This document shows, piece after piece, positions 45,819 through 55,264 of a stretch of DNA of 64,000 nucleotides (the first letter of the stretch is position 1; every line of letters begins with the position of its first letter). The stretch is taken from positions 1 to 64,000 of the IMG/VR virus record IMGVR_UViG_3300010214_000051. One strand, 5' to 3'. Below the pieces are notes generated by a model. That model was not told the DNA's origin. It ran no database searches and was given only the letters and a program-made list of their open reading frames with translations. A program made the translations under genes and the position numbers. The DNA comes from an uncultured virus (IMG/VR IMGVR_UViG_3300010214_000051) (lineage: Duplodnaviria; Heunggongvirae; Uroviricota; Caudoviricetes).

Positions 45819-46406
45819 ATGTCGCCCTATCATTTCAACATTCTCGCCGTCGACGGCGAGCCGCGCGTTTATGACCTGGACGTCGCGGAGGCGCTCCGAT
45901 TTGAGCGGCCGCGCAAAATCCGCGACATCATTGAGCGGAATGCTCTTGAACTTCAACGGTATGGGAATTTGCCCCGCCATGGGGCAAAATCAGGCGGCCG
46001 CGGTCGACCCGCTTTCGAATACCATTTGAATGAGACGCAAGCCCTTCTTATCGCCATGCTTTCGCGCACCGAACGCGCCGCCGATATCCGGCAAGCCCTG
46101 ATCACAGCCTTCCTGGACTGGCGCAACGGTAAAACCGTACCCGTCCGCGCGCACAATCGGCGACCGCCGTCGGCGCGCGACTCTTATGCGGCCTGGCATG
46201 AGGCCGCGACTCTGGGCGATATGCGGGACATTCGCTTGCGGCCGGACCCTTCTCGGATAGACCGCGCCTTTGACGTCCGGCGCCGCGAACTGGGCGCCTT
46301 GCCATATGACCAGGTGCTGGACCTGCTAGCGCGCGGCCTGGCGCGCCTGGACGACATAGCGCCGGAACCGTTGACCTATGCGCCAGGGCGGCGCGGCGAC
46401 GTGTAA
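45819..46406 (+). CDS. Antirepressor-like DNA-binding protein
   Basis: EPR..DLD.AE.L.F.RPR.IR..IERN, GRGRP..EY.LNE.QA; downstream of C4 unit. Confidence 0.7.
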   Translation: MSPYHFNILAVDGEPRVYDLDVAEALRFERPRKIRDIIERNALELQRYGNLPRHGAKSGGRGRPAFEYHLNETQALLIAMLSRTERAADIRQALITAFLDWRNGKTVPVRAHNRRPPSARDSYAAWHEAATLGDMRDIRLRPDPSRIDRAFDVRRRELGALPYDQVLDLLARGLARLDDIAPEPLTYAPGRRGDV

Positions 46407-46433
46407 GCCGCAATCCACAATCTGACGCCTATC

Positions 46434-46463
46434 GGGGCCGCTCCTAATCAGGGCGGCCCTTTC
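46434..46463. terminator. Intrinsic terminator between convergent genes
   Basis: GGGCCGC...GCGGCCC followed by T-tract. Confidence 0.6.
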
Positions 46464-47048
46464 TTATGCACGAGGCCAAGATAGATCAGTCGTCGCGAAC
46501 TCTATGACCTGATCCCCGGCGCGATAAACCGTTAGGCTCACGCGCGTGACATCCGCGCCCTTGATCCCCGTCAAGGCGCGCCGGGGATTCGTGAAGAAAA
46601 CCATGTTTGTTGAGCCGTCGCCCGCTCCAATGCCGCCCAGTGATTGACTGGGGCCGTCGCCGAACCGAACGGGGACGCTGCATTGCTCATAGGAACGGCA
46701 AAGGATTTGCCCGTCGCCTAGCAGCTTCACGTATACGTCTAGGCCCGCGTTCGGCATATCTCTAACGCATAGCTCCGCGGCGACGGCCCCATAGGGCGCC
46801 GGTTGCTGGACCAGGTTGCTAGACCTCACGCAGGCATAGCTACGCGGCCTGTCTGTCATGGGGTCCAACTCTTCGCTGTATTCCCACGCCGCGCGCACGG
46901 CTGGCGCTTTGCCATATTCAACGCCCGCGACGCTTTCGGCTATCCTGCGCTGTGTCTCGCTGTATCCGGCGTATTTGTCAGGCGGCGGGGCCTCGCTGCA
47001 GGCGGCGAGGGCGAGGGCGGCGGCGAGGGCGAGGGCGCGGCGTGTCAT
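46464..47048 (-). CDS. Lipoprotein (possible superinfection exclusion)
   Basis: MTRRALAL...LAAC lipobox; W.Y....D.MTD periplasmic domain. Confidence 0.7.
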   Translation of the reverse strand: MTRRALALAAALALAACSEAPPPDKYAGYSETQRRIAESVAGVEYGKAPAVRAAWEYSEELDPMTDRPRSYACVRSSNLVQQPAPYGAVAAELCVRDMPNAGLDVYVKLLGDGQILCRSYEQCSVPVRFGDGPSQSLGGIGAGDGSTNMVFFTNPRRALTGIKGADVTRVSLTVYRAGDQVIEFATTDLSWPRA

Positions 47049-47179
47049 GCCTCGACTATAGGGCGAACGTCGTCCTGCGAGCAACGCCTCGGCGTCTCGG
47101 CGCGGCCGGCGGACCGCATCATAAGCAAAAGTTATAGCAGGGGCGCGCGGCGACGGCTCGCGTCTGACGCGAGGTTGCA

Positions 47180-47819
47180 TTTAAAAGCGACATCCTATTG
47201 CAACTTTTACTGTAACAGCGTCGGCTGCTGATCGGAAAACGCAATGAAATCAAGGCTTTGGGTCCTCTCCGCAGCGCACAACTTTGACGGGAGGGGCGGG
47301 GAGCCCGGTTTTCGAACGATTCCAAAAGGGGCGGTAGCACCTAACCTGAGCTTATACGACATTCAGATGCAACTTTTGGAGGGCGGCTGACCAGAAAAGT
47401 TCGATTTAAATGCAACTTCAAACCTGTTCCGGGGGTGTTCCACAACCAGTTCCATCTAACCCCTTGTAACCACTATTCTTTTAACCCTCAGAACAAGTGG
47501 AACAGGTGGAACAGTAGTATAATGAATGAGAGTGAAGGAGGTAGGGGTATAGAGGGACTACAACTGGTAGACAGTGAATCACCCCCACGCGACAGTGTAT
47601 AGGAACCCCCCTGTTCCGGGGGTCCACCCGTTCCAGCATTGATTTTAAAGGGTTTTTCAGGAACAGGCCCGTTCCACAACCGAAAACCTGTTCCACCCAT
47701 GCTGATGGCACAAATGCGATTTAAATCGAACTTTCCGAAAAGTGGCATTTAGATGCAAAAAGACCCGGAAGCCGAGCCGCCGGGTCTCAAAGTGGAAATG
47801 CGATTTAAATCGAACTTTC
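47180..47819. repeat. Non-coding AT-richer repeat region, origin and/or cos candidate
   Basis: 24-bp direct repeat, an inverted partial copy and many GTTCC/GGAAC units; next to primase. Confidence 0.6.
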
Positions 47820-50349
47820 AGTCTAGTCCGTTCCAGCCCTCACGAATAAAGCATCGCTGTTTTCCGTACTGGGCGAAGCGGTGCTGCCCGCCATAAACCC
47901 AGCCTTTGACCTTGCGCATCGCGCGGCCCACCATTTGTGCTTCGCGGTCCGGGTAAACGTGGCGATCGCGGCCCATCATCACCTCCCAGATCTCCATGTA
48001 GCAGGTCCGGTTGCGGTAGCGCACCGGCTCGCCCGGCAACTGGGTAAGCCCGTCCTCCGAGCCGATGGGTGAGTCGAGCCATTCCTCGATCTGGGCGGCC
48101 AGCGCGTCGTCGGCGCCGATCTGTCGCCGGCTCTCCTGGATCTCGCGGGCATAGTCGACGGCGACCTGGCTCTTCATGAACAGCGGCAGCGTGCCGTACG
48201 GCTGCTCCGCCCGCATCTTGCGGTACATCGCGGTCGCCTCGGCCCATATCTGGTCGATCTCCGCCGACAGTCGCGACGTGTCGATTGACGCCACGCGACA
48301 TTCGACCGGCCAGAACCGTCGGGCGCCGGTGGCGTCGCGCAGATACTCGCGATCGTTGGTCGAGCCGCCCATGACACACTGCCGGTCGAACTCTTGCGGG
48401 TGGCGGGCGTAGGCGAGGCGGACAATGTCGCTCTGGCGGCTGATGAAGCCCTTGATGGTCTGGACCTCTGCTCGGGAGAAGCCCTGAAGCTCTGGCAGTT
48501 CGATGATCCAGGCGCCCTGCATCCGTTCGACCATGCCCTTGGCGTCGTGGAAGTCGCCCTCCAGTTCGGCGAACCAGTGCCGACCGAGGACCCGGAAGAA
48601 GGTAGACTTGCGCACGCCCTGCGCGCCTTCGAGAATCGGCACGAAGTCGAACTTGTGGCCCGGCTCAAAGACGCGGACGACCGCGCCCAGAAGCCACATC
48701 AGGGCAGCCTCGCGATGGTAGTCGTTGCCCTCGGCGCCGACGTAGTCGACGAAGAGCGTCGCCGCGCGGTGCTTGCCGTCCCAGGTCAGGCTGTTCAGGT
48801 AGTCCCGAATCGGGTGGAAGGCGTGCAGCCGCGCCACCTTGTCGATCGCCTCGTCGAGATCCCGCTTGCTGGTCTTCAGCCCGTAGCCGCCCTGGCGTTC
48901 CGGGGCTTCCAGGATGATGCGGATGTCGGTCGACAGGACGTCAGTCCAACGCTTGCCGTTGATGCGATGCCGCTCCTCGGACACGCGCCACATGGCGCCC
49001 TCCAACTGGCGGATCGGCTTGGGCGATTCCTTGCGTAGCGCGAAGCGCTTGGGCTCGGCGCGCTGGACCAGCAGCTGCGAGAACTCGTTGTAGCCGATGA
49101 CGCCGCGCAGCCGCTTGTCGTTGCGGATGATCAGCTCGACGTTGTGGACCGTCGGCTTGATGCCGCCGTCCTCGTTGCGCTGCAGATACTGGAACCAGTC
49201 GGGGTCGTATTCGACGACGCCCGAACCAGAGGCCGGCGCCGGGACAGCCGCGCGCTCAGGCTGCGAGAACACGTCCAGCAGGTCCGCCACATCGTCGGTC
49301 GGCGCCAGCAGGTCGATCTCGACGGGTTCGGCGGTCGACACCTCTTCCAGCAGGGCGTGACCCTGGGCGAGGCGATGGTTGGATGCCGCCTGGATCAGGC
49401 TCGCCATCCGAATCGGGTTGCGCGTCGATGCTGCGTTCTTGCCGAAGGAGCGCCAGACGGCTTTGCTGTCCTTCAGGTCGAACTTCTCGGACTGCTTGGA
49501 CCACTCGCACCAGCGGGTGAAGCCGTTGTCGGCGCCGCGGTATTCGTGGTGCAGCGCCATGCCGACCTGATACCAGTGGTCCCGGTCCTCGACCCAGTCC
49601 TCGGGCAGGTCGGCCAGCGTGGCGGCGATTTCGTTCTCCGACAGACCCATCGGCTCGGCCCGGTAGAGGGCCATCAGGTCATCGTCGTCGTCACCGAGGT
49701 TCAGGTCGTCGCTGGATGCGCCCCAGGAGGCGACTGTCTCGGGCGCGACCACGGGCGCGATGCCCAGCAGATCGCCGAAGTCGAGCGGGCGCTCCCAGAC
49801 GTAGGGCAGGCCGGTTTTGTCGTGGATCGACGGCGGCAGCACGGCCTGTTTGGCGGTGCCGAAGAACTCGATTTCCCAGTCGTGCTTGCGGACGTTCCGC
49901 TCAAGCTCGCTGTCGTAGACCATCTCCCAGCCTTCCGACTTCGCCAGCTTGCGGGTGCGGAAGGGCTTGGTGGTGATCAGATAGAGGTGGCGACTCTCGC
50001 CGCCGCTGCCCGAACGGACAGTGGGCGCCAGGCGCGCATCCGGCCACATGGCGATCAGCGCGTCCCACGCGGCCGCCGCGGCTTCGGGCTTGCGGATGTC
50101 TAGGTCGACCAGGTGCAGGTAGCCGCCGGCGACGGCGCTCACCGCTCCGGGGCGGACCCCCAGATTGTAGCCGCGCTGATATGCTGCGGCGAGGGACTCC
50201 ATCGTATGAACGGGTTTGTCGGCCCACTTCTCGCCGACTGGGCGTTTGGTGCGAGGATGCAGCCAGTGGACAGCGACACCCGCCTCGATCAGAGGGCGGG
50301 CGGCGTCCAGCATCTCGGCTTCGGACGGTAGATTCCCCATGTCGGGCAC
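47818..50349 (-). CDS. Primase-polymerase / PriCT-2 / VapE(VirE)-like helicase
   Basis: DLD, SGG..HLY, PPSIH; W..VGMALH; EG.QG..KST, IELPEL, D.TG.RRFWP. Confidence 0.92.
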   Translation of the reverse strand: MPDMGNLPSEAEMLDAARPLIEAGVAVHWLHPRTKRPVGEKWADKPVHTMESLAAAYQRGYNLGVRPGAVSAVAGGYLHLVDLDIRKPEAAAAAWDALIAMWPDARLAPTVRSGSGGESRHLYLITTKPFRTRKLAKSEGWEMVYDSELERNVRKHDWEIEFFGTAKQAVLPPSIHDKTGLPYVWERPLDFGDLLGIAPVVAPETVASWGASSDDLNLGDDDDDLMALYRAEPMGLSENEIAATLADLPEDWVEDRDHWYQVGMALHHEYRGADNGFTRWCEWSKQSEKFDLKDSKAVWRSFGKNAASTRNPIRMASLIQAASNHRLAQGHALLEEVSTAEPVEIDLLAPTDDVADLLDVFSQPERAAVPAPASGSGVVEYDPDWFQYLQRNEDGGIKPTVHNVELIIRNDKRLRGVIGYNEFSQLLVQRAEPKRFALRKESPKPIRQLEGAMWRVSEERHRINGKRWTDVLSTDIRIILEAPERQGGYGLKTSKRDLDEAIDKVARLHAFHPIRDYLNSLTWDGKHRAATLFVDYVGAEGNDYHREAALMWLLGAVVRVFEPGHKFDFVPILEGAQGVRKSTFFRVLGRHWFAELEGDFHDAKGMVERMQGAWIIELPELQGFSRAEVQTIKGFISRQSDIVRLAYARHPQEFDRQCVMGGSTNDREYLRDATGARRFWPVECRVASIDTSRLSAEIDQIWAEATAMYRKMRAEQPYGTLPLFMKSQVAVDYAREIQESRRQIGADDALAAQIEEWLDSPIGSEDGLTQLPGEPVRYRNRTCYMEIWEVMMGRDRHVYPDREAQMVGRAMRKVKGWVYGGQHRFAQYGKQRCFIREGWNGLD

Positions 50350-50360
50350 AGGCTCCCGAC

Positions 50361-50618
50361 TTAGGCGTCAGCGATGACGAAACTGATCAGATCTTCGGTC
50401 GACAGGCTTCCGCTGGAGTTGTCGATGAGCGCCCGCGCGGCGCGACTGGGAAGACGGTTCTTCTTCAGCCAGCGGTAGACGGCTGCGCGGGACACTTCCA
50501 GCGCGGCTGCGAGGGCTGGGACGTTCAGCCGACCGCGGTCGAGAAAGTCGGGCAGGCGCTGGACGAGCAGCTTGTAGAGCGGCGTTTCGTAGGACGCCAA
50601 ACTCGTGGCTTCGGTCAT
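50361..50618 (-). CDS. Cro-like HTH protein
   Basis: LAAALEVSRAAVYRW. Confidence 0.8.
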   Translation of the reverse strand: MTEATSLASYETPLYKLLVQRLPDFLDRGRLNVPALAAALEVSRAAVYRWLKKNRLPSRAARALIDNSSGSLSTEDLISFVIADA

Positions 50619-50666
50619 GGGGAACCTCTCACTGGATGAAGCCACCGTAAGCGGAGAGCCGAGTTT

Positions 50667-50706
50667 CGTCAAATAGAACGAGACGATTGTCCCTTTTAGG
50701 TTGACA
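50667..50706. promoter_or_regulatory. Tandem 19-bp operators at a divergent promoter
   Basis: CGTCAAATAGAACGAGACG and TGTCCCTTTTAGGTTGACA. Confidence 0.75.
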
Positions 50707-50777
50707 AACATTCTGAGCCGAGCATCTTAGGGAGGCCGGGGCGATCCACGCCCACCACCTTTCCCCAAAGGACTACC

Positions 50778-51260
50778 ATGAGCCTGGAAGCCAATATCGC
50801 GGCCCTGACTGAAGCCGTCGTCGCCCTGACCGACATCACCACCAAACTGCATTCCCTGCGCGCCGACGCCATCGAGCAGGTCACGGCTGCCGCCAAGCCG
50901 GGCGCCGCGAAGAAGGCCGCCGCAGCCAAGGCCGATGAGCCCGCCGCCGAGCCGAAGGCCGAGCCGAAGGCCGAAGCCAAGGCGGTCGCTCCTGCCGCCG
51001 GCGAGCCGACGCCCGAGTTCCTGAAGATGAAGAAGTCGGTCGCCGATTTCCTGGGCGGCAGTGAGCGCGAGGAAGAGCGCGAGGCCCGCAAGGCGAAGGT
51101 GCGCGAACTGCTGGCGAACCCGAAGGTCGCCGCCACGAAGCTCGAGGACGTTAAGCCCGAACTCTACCCGGCGATCGAGAGCGCCATGACCCGGCTGATC
51201 GCGGCCGGCGACCTCACGAAGCCGGCCGGGGCCGAGGACCCGCTGGACCTGGGCGTCTGA
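50778..51260 (+). CDS. Hypothetical replication-module protein
   Basis: MSLE..I..LT N-terminal helix, Ala/Pro/Lys linker, helical C-domain. Confidence 0.75.
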   Translation: MSLEANIAALTEAVVALTDITTKLHSLRADAIEQVTAAAKPGAAKKAAAAKADEPAAEPKAEPKAEAKAVAPAAGEPTPEFLKMKKSVADFLGGSEREEEREARKAKVRELLANPKVAATKLEDVKPELYPAIESAMTRLIAAGDLTKPAGAEDPLDLGV

Positions 51261-51388
51261 TCGCCCGCGCCCCTGGCTTCTGCTGGGGGCGTTCTGGCGG
51301 ACCGGCGGTGCAGGGAGCGAGATCCCCCCGCCTCGCGCACGGCAACCCCGCGTCGTCGGTCCACCTGAACGCCTCGAGATTGAGTACC

Positions 51389-51649
51389 ATGTCCACCAAG
51401 CCCACGATCACAGTCTTCACGACGAAGTACGCCATGACGACCGGCCAGGTCTTCGAGACCAAGGTCACGGATCAGGGCAACGGGACGTGCGTGCGTCGCG
51501 GCGGCGCGGGCTGGGATTTCTTCAAGTTCGACATCGACGCCTTCCACACACGCGAAGCGGCCGTGGCCGACGCCGAGAAGCGCCGTCGCCAGCGGATCGA
51601 GGACCTGCAACGGCAGATCGACAAGCTGGAAGGCTTCGATTTTGCATGA
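51389..51649 (+). CDS. Hypothetical protein
   Basis: TKYA.T.G, T.E.A..DAE.RR motif. Confidence 0.65.
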   Translation: MSTKPTITVFTTKYAMTTGQVFETKVTDQGNGTCVRRGGAGWDFFKFDIDAFHTREAAVADAEKRRRQRIEDLQRQIDKLEGFDFA

Positions 51650-52824
51650 TGAAGCACGCACGCATCGGCCCGTCGGCGGCGGAGCGCTGGTTCGTTTGCC
51701 TCGGCTCGGTCGCCCTCATCGAAAAGATGGTCGCCAGCGGAGAGATTGACCCCAACGCACCGAACCCGCCCGCTGACGAAGGCACCGCCGCGCATCATTT
51801 CCGTTCCGACGCCCTGTCGCTGGGCATGGACGCCTGGGACTTCGTGGGGCAGGCGATCACCATCCGCGGCGCCCGCTACGAATGCACTGAGGAGATGGCC
51901 GCGTTCCTGCAGCCGGGCATCGACTGGATACGCCAGCAGCCGGGCAATCGCGTGATCGAGCATCGCGTCGATCTCGGGCGCTGGATTCCCGACGGCTTCG
52001 GCACGCTGGACTGCGGCATCATCCACCTGGGTTCCCGCACGCTGATCATCAACGACCTGAAGTTCGGGTTCGTGCCGGTTGAAGCGCAGGACACTCTGCA
52101 ACTCAGGATATATGCCCTCGGCGTGCTGGACTACTATGACTTGTGGGACAAGATCGACAAGATCGTCCTGGTGATCGACCAGCCGCGCAACGGCGGGCAG
52201 AAGCTGTGGTCCGTCACGGTCGAGGAACTGGAACAGTTCGGCCAGGAGGTCCGTATCGCTGCGGCCCGCGTCAACGAGCCGGATGCGCCGCTGGTCGTGT
52301 CGCCCGCCGGCTGCCAGTGGTGCGACGTGAAGCGCAGCGTCCGGGGTTGCTCGGCCTGGAACGCCCACATGGAGGCGCTGCTCGACGACGCGTCTGACCC
52401 GGACCTCCTGACGCCCGAGCGGCGCTGGGAGATCTGCCAGATCGCGCCGCAGGCGAAGAAGTGGCTGGATCAGATCGTCAGGCAGGCCACTGACGCGGCG
52501 GTCGCGGGTAACCCTGATCCCGGCGCCAAGGCGGTGCCCGGCAAGGCCGGCAACCGCGAATACCGCGACGAGGCGAAGGCGCAGGAGATCCTGGTCGCCG
52601 CGCTCGGAGACGACGCTTTCACCCGGCAGCTGAAATCGCCGGCCCAGGCCGAGGCGCTGCTGCGTCCGGCGCGCGGGCGCGACGGCGATCCTGCCGCCTG
52701 GGCCGAACTGAACAAGATCATCGTGCGTCCGCCCGGCAAGCCGGTGCTGGCGCCGCTGAAGGACCGGCGCCTGAGCCTGTCCTACCTCGCCAAGGCGATT
52801 GACGAGTTCGAAGACCTGAACTGA
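51646..52824 (+). CDS. DUF2800 Cas4-like exonuclease
   Basis: HA...PS.A.RW..C.GS, EGT.AH, FGT.D, DLKFG, QL..YALG, QPR, C.WC. Confidence 0.9.
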   Translation: MMKHARIGPSAAERWFVCLGSVALIEKMVASGEIDPNAPNPPADEGTAAHHFRSDALSLGMDAWDFVGQAITIRGARYECTEEMAAFLQPGIDWIRQQPGNRVIEHRVDLGRWIPDGFGTLDCGIIHLGSRTLIINDLKFGFVPVEAQDTLQLRIYALGVLDYYDLWDKIDKIVLVIDQPRNGGQKLWSVTVEELEQFGQEVRIAAARVNEPDAPLVVSPAGCQWCDVKRSVRGCSAWNAHMEALLDDASDPDLLTPERRWEICQIAPQAKKWLDQIVRQATDAAVAGNPDPGAKAVPGKAGNREYRDEAKAQEILVAALGDDAFTRQLKSPAQAEALLRPARGRDGDPAAWAELNKIIVRPPGKPVLAPLKDRRLSLSYLAKAIDEFEDLN

Positions 52825-52840
52825 CCAAGGAGAGTCGACC

Positions 52841-53563
52841 ATGTCCACGCAGGACAAAGATCCCCGTACCCAAACGCTCAAGGGCGTAATCCTGTCGTTC
52901 ACCGACGGCATCAAGGAGAAGCGCCTGCCGCGCAACGCCGAACCGGGTACGAAGGAGAAGCACAACTTCAACATCATCGTGCCGTCGGGAACGCCGCACA
53001 CCGAAGAGAACCTGCGCCGCATCGGCATCGCCCTGAAGGCGGCCGGCGAGAAGCAGTGGAAGGACCCGGACGCCTACCGCAAGATCGCCGAGGACAATCC
53101 GAAGCGGGTCACGTTCAAGAAGGGCGAGCGCTTCAAGAACAAGGAAGGCCAGATTTACGCCGGCTACGAAGGCCACCACGCGTTCGCCGTGTCCGGCCCT
53201 GGCGGCGGCGAGCGTCGCCCGAAGCTGCTGGACCGCTACAAGCGCAAGCTGCGCGAGCAGGCGGACGCCGCCGAGATCAAGGACGGCCGGGTGTTCGAAG
53301 AGGGCCAGATCCTCGACATCTTCTATTCCGGCACCCGCGCTGACGTGATTGTCTCGTTTTATGGGACGGATAAGGGCTCGCGCGGCGTCTTCGCGACGGC
53401 GGAAGTCGTTCGCTCGCACCAGGAAGGCGAACGCATGGCTGGCGGCTACGTCTTCGACGAGTCGGACATGGATGAGTTCGAGGACTTCGGTGACGACGGG
53501 CTGGACGAGATCAGCGCGTCGGAGACGTCGGCGAAATCCGACGAGTTCGACCTGGGCATCTAA
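52841..53563 (+). CDS. ssDNA-binding protein (DUF2815-like)
   Basis: LSF, YSG, acidic tail; follows DUF2800. Confidence 0.8.
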   Translation: MSTQDKDPRTQTLKGVILSFTDGIKEKRLPRNAEPGTKEKHNFNIIVPSGTPHTEENLRRIGIALKAAGEKQWKDPDAYRKIAEDNPKRVTFKKGERFKNKEGQIYAGYEGHHAFAVSGPGGGERRPKLLDRYKRKLREQADAAEIKDGRVFEEGQILDIFYSGTRADVIVSFYGTDKGSRGVFATAEVVRSHQEGERMAGGYVFDESDMDEFEDFGDDGLDEISASETSAKSDEFDLGI

Positions 53564-53574
53564 GCCCGCGGATG

Positions 53575-53596
53575 CTCGGCCGCTTCGGCGGCCGGG
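53575..53596 (+). terminator. Hairpin after SSB gene
   Basis: CTCGGCCGC-TTCG-GCGGCCGGG. Confidence 0.5.
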
Positions 53597-53703
53597 TGTT
53601 CCGGCGGACCGTCATGGTGTCGTCAGACGCCCGCATCGGGCGGCCCTATCCGTGAGGACGGGCTGGCGCTGTGACGGTCCACCCGAATACCTGGGAGACG
53701 AAA

Positions 53704-54303
53704 ATGCAGCATGTGATGATCGACCTCGAGACCCTGGGTACAGCGGTGAACGCGCCGGTGCTCGCCATCGGGGCCGTGTTCTTTGAGCCGTCGACCGGAG
53801 AAATCGGCCCGAAGTTCTACGCCGGGATCGACATGGGCGACGCCTGTCGTTGGGGGCGGCCGAACGGCGACACGATCAAATGGTGGATGGGGCAGAGCGA
53901 CGAAGCGCGGCGCGCCGCCACTGCTGGCCGCGACACGTCGGCGGAGGCCTTCGGGAAGTTCCGCGGCTGGCTCGCGCAAGGCGGACTGGACATCAAGCCG
54001 TGGGGCAACGGAGCGTCGTTCGACATCAGCATCCTCGACTATGCGTTCGCCAGGATCACCGACAAGCCGGCGCCGTGGAAGTTCTGGAATGTGCGCGACT
54101 GCCGGACGATTCAGGAACTGGGTCGTCTCGTTACTGATTACCCCGGAGAGCGTCAGGGCACCCACCACCAGGCGCTCGACGACGCGCTGTTTCAGGCGCA
54201 GTGGGTCTCGCACTACTGGCAGGCGCTGACGAAGGTTTCGGCGGTCCGCGCCGCGCCTCTGCAGGCTGTCGCGTCCACCTCGGCGGTCGATCTGCTGGTA
54301 TGA
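53704..54303 (+). CDS. DEDDh 3'-5' exonuclease
   Basis: MIDLETLG, WGNGA.FD, RD.RT, H.AL.DA..QA. Confidence 0.88.
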   Translation: MQHVMIDLETLGTAVNAPVLAIGAVFFEPSTGEIGPKFYAGIDMGDACRWGRPNGDTIKWWMGQSDEARRAATAGRDTSAEAFGKFRGWLAQGGLDIKPWGNGASFDISILDYAFARITDKPAPWKFWNVRDCRTIQELGRLVTDYPGERQGTHHQALDDALFQAQWVSHYWQALTKVSAVRAAPLQAVASTSAVDLLV

Positions 54304-54488
54304 GCGACTCTCCGCAAGCCTGCGCCGCGCGCGCCGCAGACCCCCGTTGGCAGGAGGAGCAGCGTCAGAAGAACGCTGCCGCCTCGGCGCGCTTCCGCGC
54401 CTATCGCGAGAGCGTCGGGATGCCGATTGAGCGGTCCAAGACCTCCCGCGTGGCCGGTGACGGCTGGGGCGCGACGAAGGGCGACTGA
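54300..54488 (+). CDS. Small hypothetical protein
   Basis: Coupled at both ends. Confidence 0.5.
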   Translation: MSDSPQACAARAADPRWQEEQRQKNAAASARFRAYRESVGMPIERSKTSRVAGDGWGATKGD

Positions 54489-55264
54489 TGACTATCGGCG
54501 TCTATTGCATCATGCACGTCCCAAGCGGGAAGCGATATATCGGCAAATCGGTGAATGTCGAAGCACGCCTGGCGCAGCACAAATACAATCTGACTCAGCT
54601 GATTTTCGACCAGAAGAAGTGCAACAGACACCTTTGGAACGCCGTGCAGAAGTACGGGTGGGACCAGTTTGAGACCTGGATCGTAGAAGCATTCGACAAG
54701 ATAGATGAAGACTTGATCGCCGAACGCGAACTGCATTGGATGGACGAACTGCGGACCTGCGAACGGCCATTCGGGTACAATCTGCGTCGAGATAGTCGGA
54801 CCAAGATGATCGTCCATGAGGAAACTCGCGCCCTCATCTCGGCTCAGGTTTCCGGTCCACTGAACCCGAACTACGGCAACCACTGGACGGACGAGCAGCG
54901 GGCGGCGATGTCGGCTAACCGTCGATCCAGAGCGCATCGCTATGGGGACGACTGGCGCCGTACCCTGGGCGAGAGGTCGCGGGAGTTTTGGCAGGGCAAC
55001 CCTGAAAAGCGCGCCGAGATGGGCGCGAAGGTCGCTGAAATAAAGCGCGTCTACGATTTCCTTCAGTACGACCGGGACGGAAGGCTCGTCCGACGCTGGT
55101 CGAGCATGGACGAAATCGTCGCGGCTCACCCGGACTTCAAGCGACAGGTCATCTACTCGGTCTGCCACGGCTGGAAGAAGACCTACAAAGGGTTCGTCTG
55201 GCGCCAAGAGCGCAAGGCGGAACTCCCGACAGCCATGCAACTGCTTCTGTTGGCGGCAGCATGA
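54488..55264 (+). CDS. Free-standing GIY-YIG homing endonuclease
   Basis: GVY.I......K.YIG.S.N...R, E..W, GYN, NUMOD-like C-terminus. Confidence 0.9.
   Translation: MTIGVYCIMHVPSGKRYIGKSVNVEARLAQHKYNLTQLIFDQKKCNRHLWNAVQKYGWDQFETWIVEAFDKIDEDLIAERELHWMDELRTCERPFGYNLRRDSRTKMIVHEETRALISAQVSGPLNPNYGNHWTDEQRAAMSANRRSRAHRYGDDWRRTLGERSREFWQGNPEKRAEMGAKVAEIKRVYDFLQYDRDGRLVRRWSSMDEIVAAHPDFKRQVIYSVCHGWKKTYKGFVWRQERKAELPTAMQLLLLAAA

Noticed and set aside
47001..47040. GGCGAG-type tandem repeat
   Set aside because: Encodes the Ala/Leu signal peptide of the lipoprotein
47491..47512. LexA box in GAAC repeats
   Set aside because: Spacer is 5 nt, not 7
47400..47819. CRISPR array
   Set aside because: Repeats are irregular, with no constant repeat-spacer period; the Cas4-like DUF2800 gene is a normal replication-module nuclease
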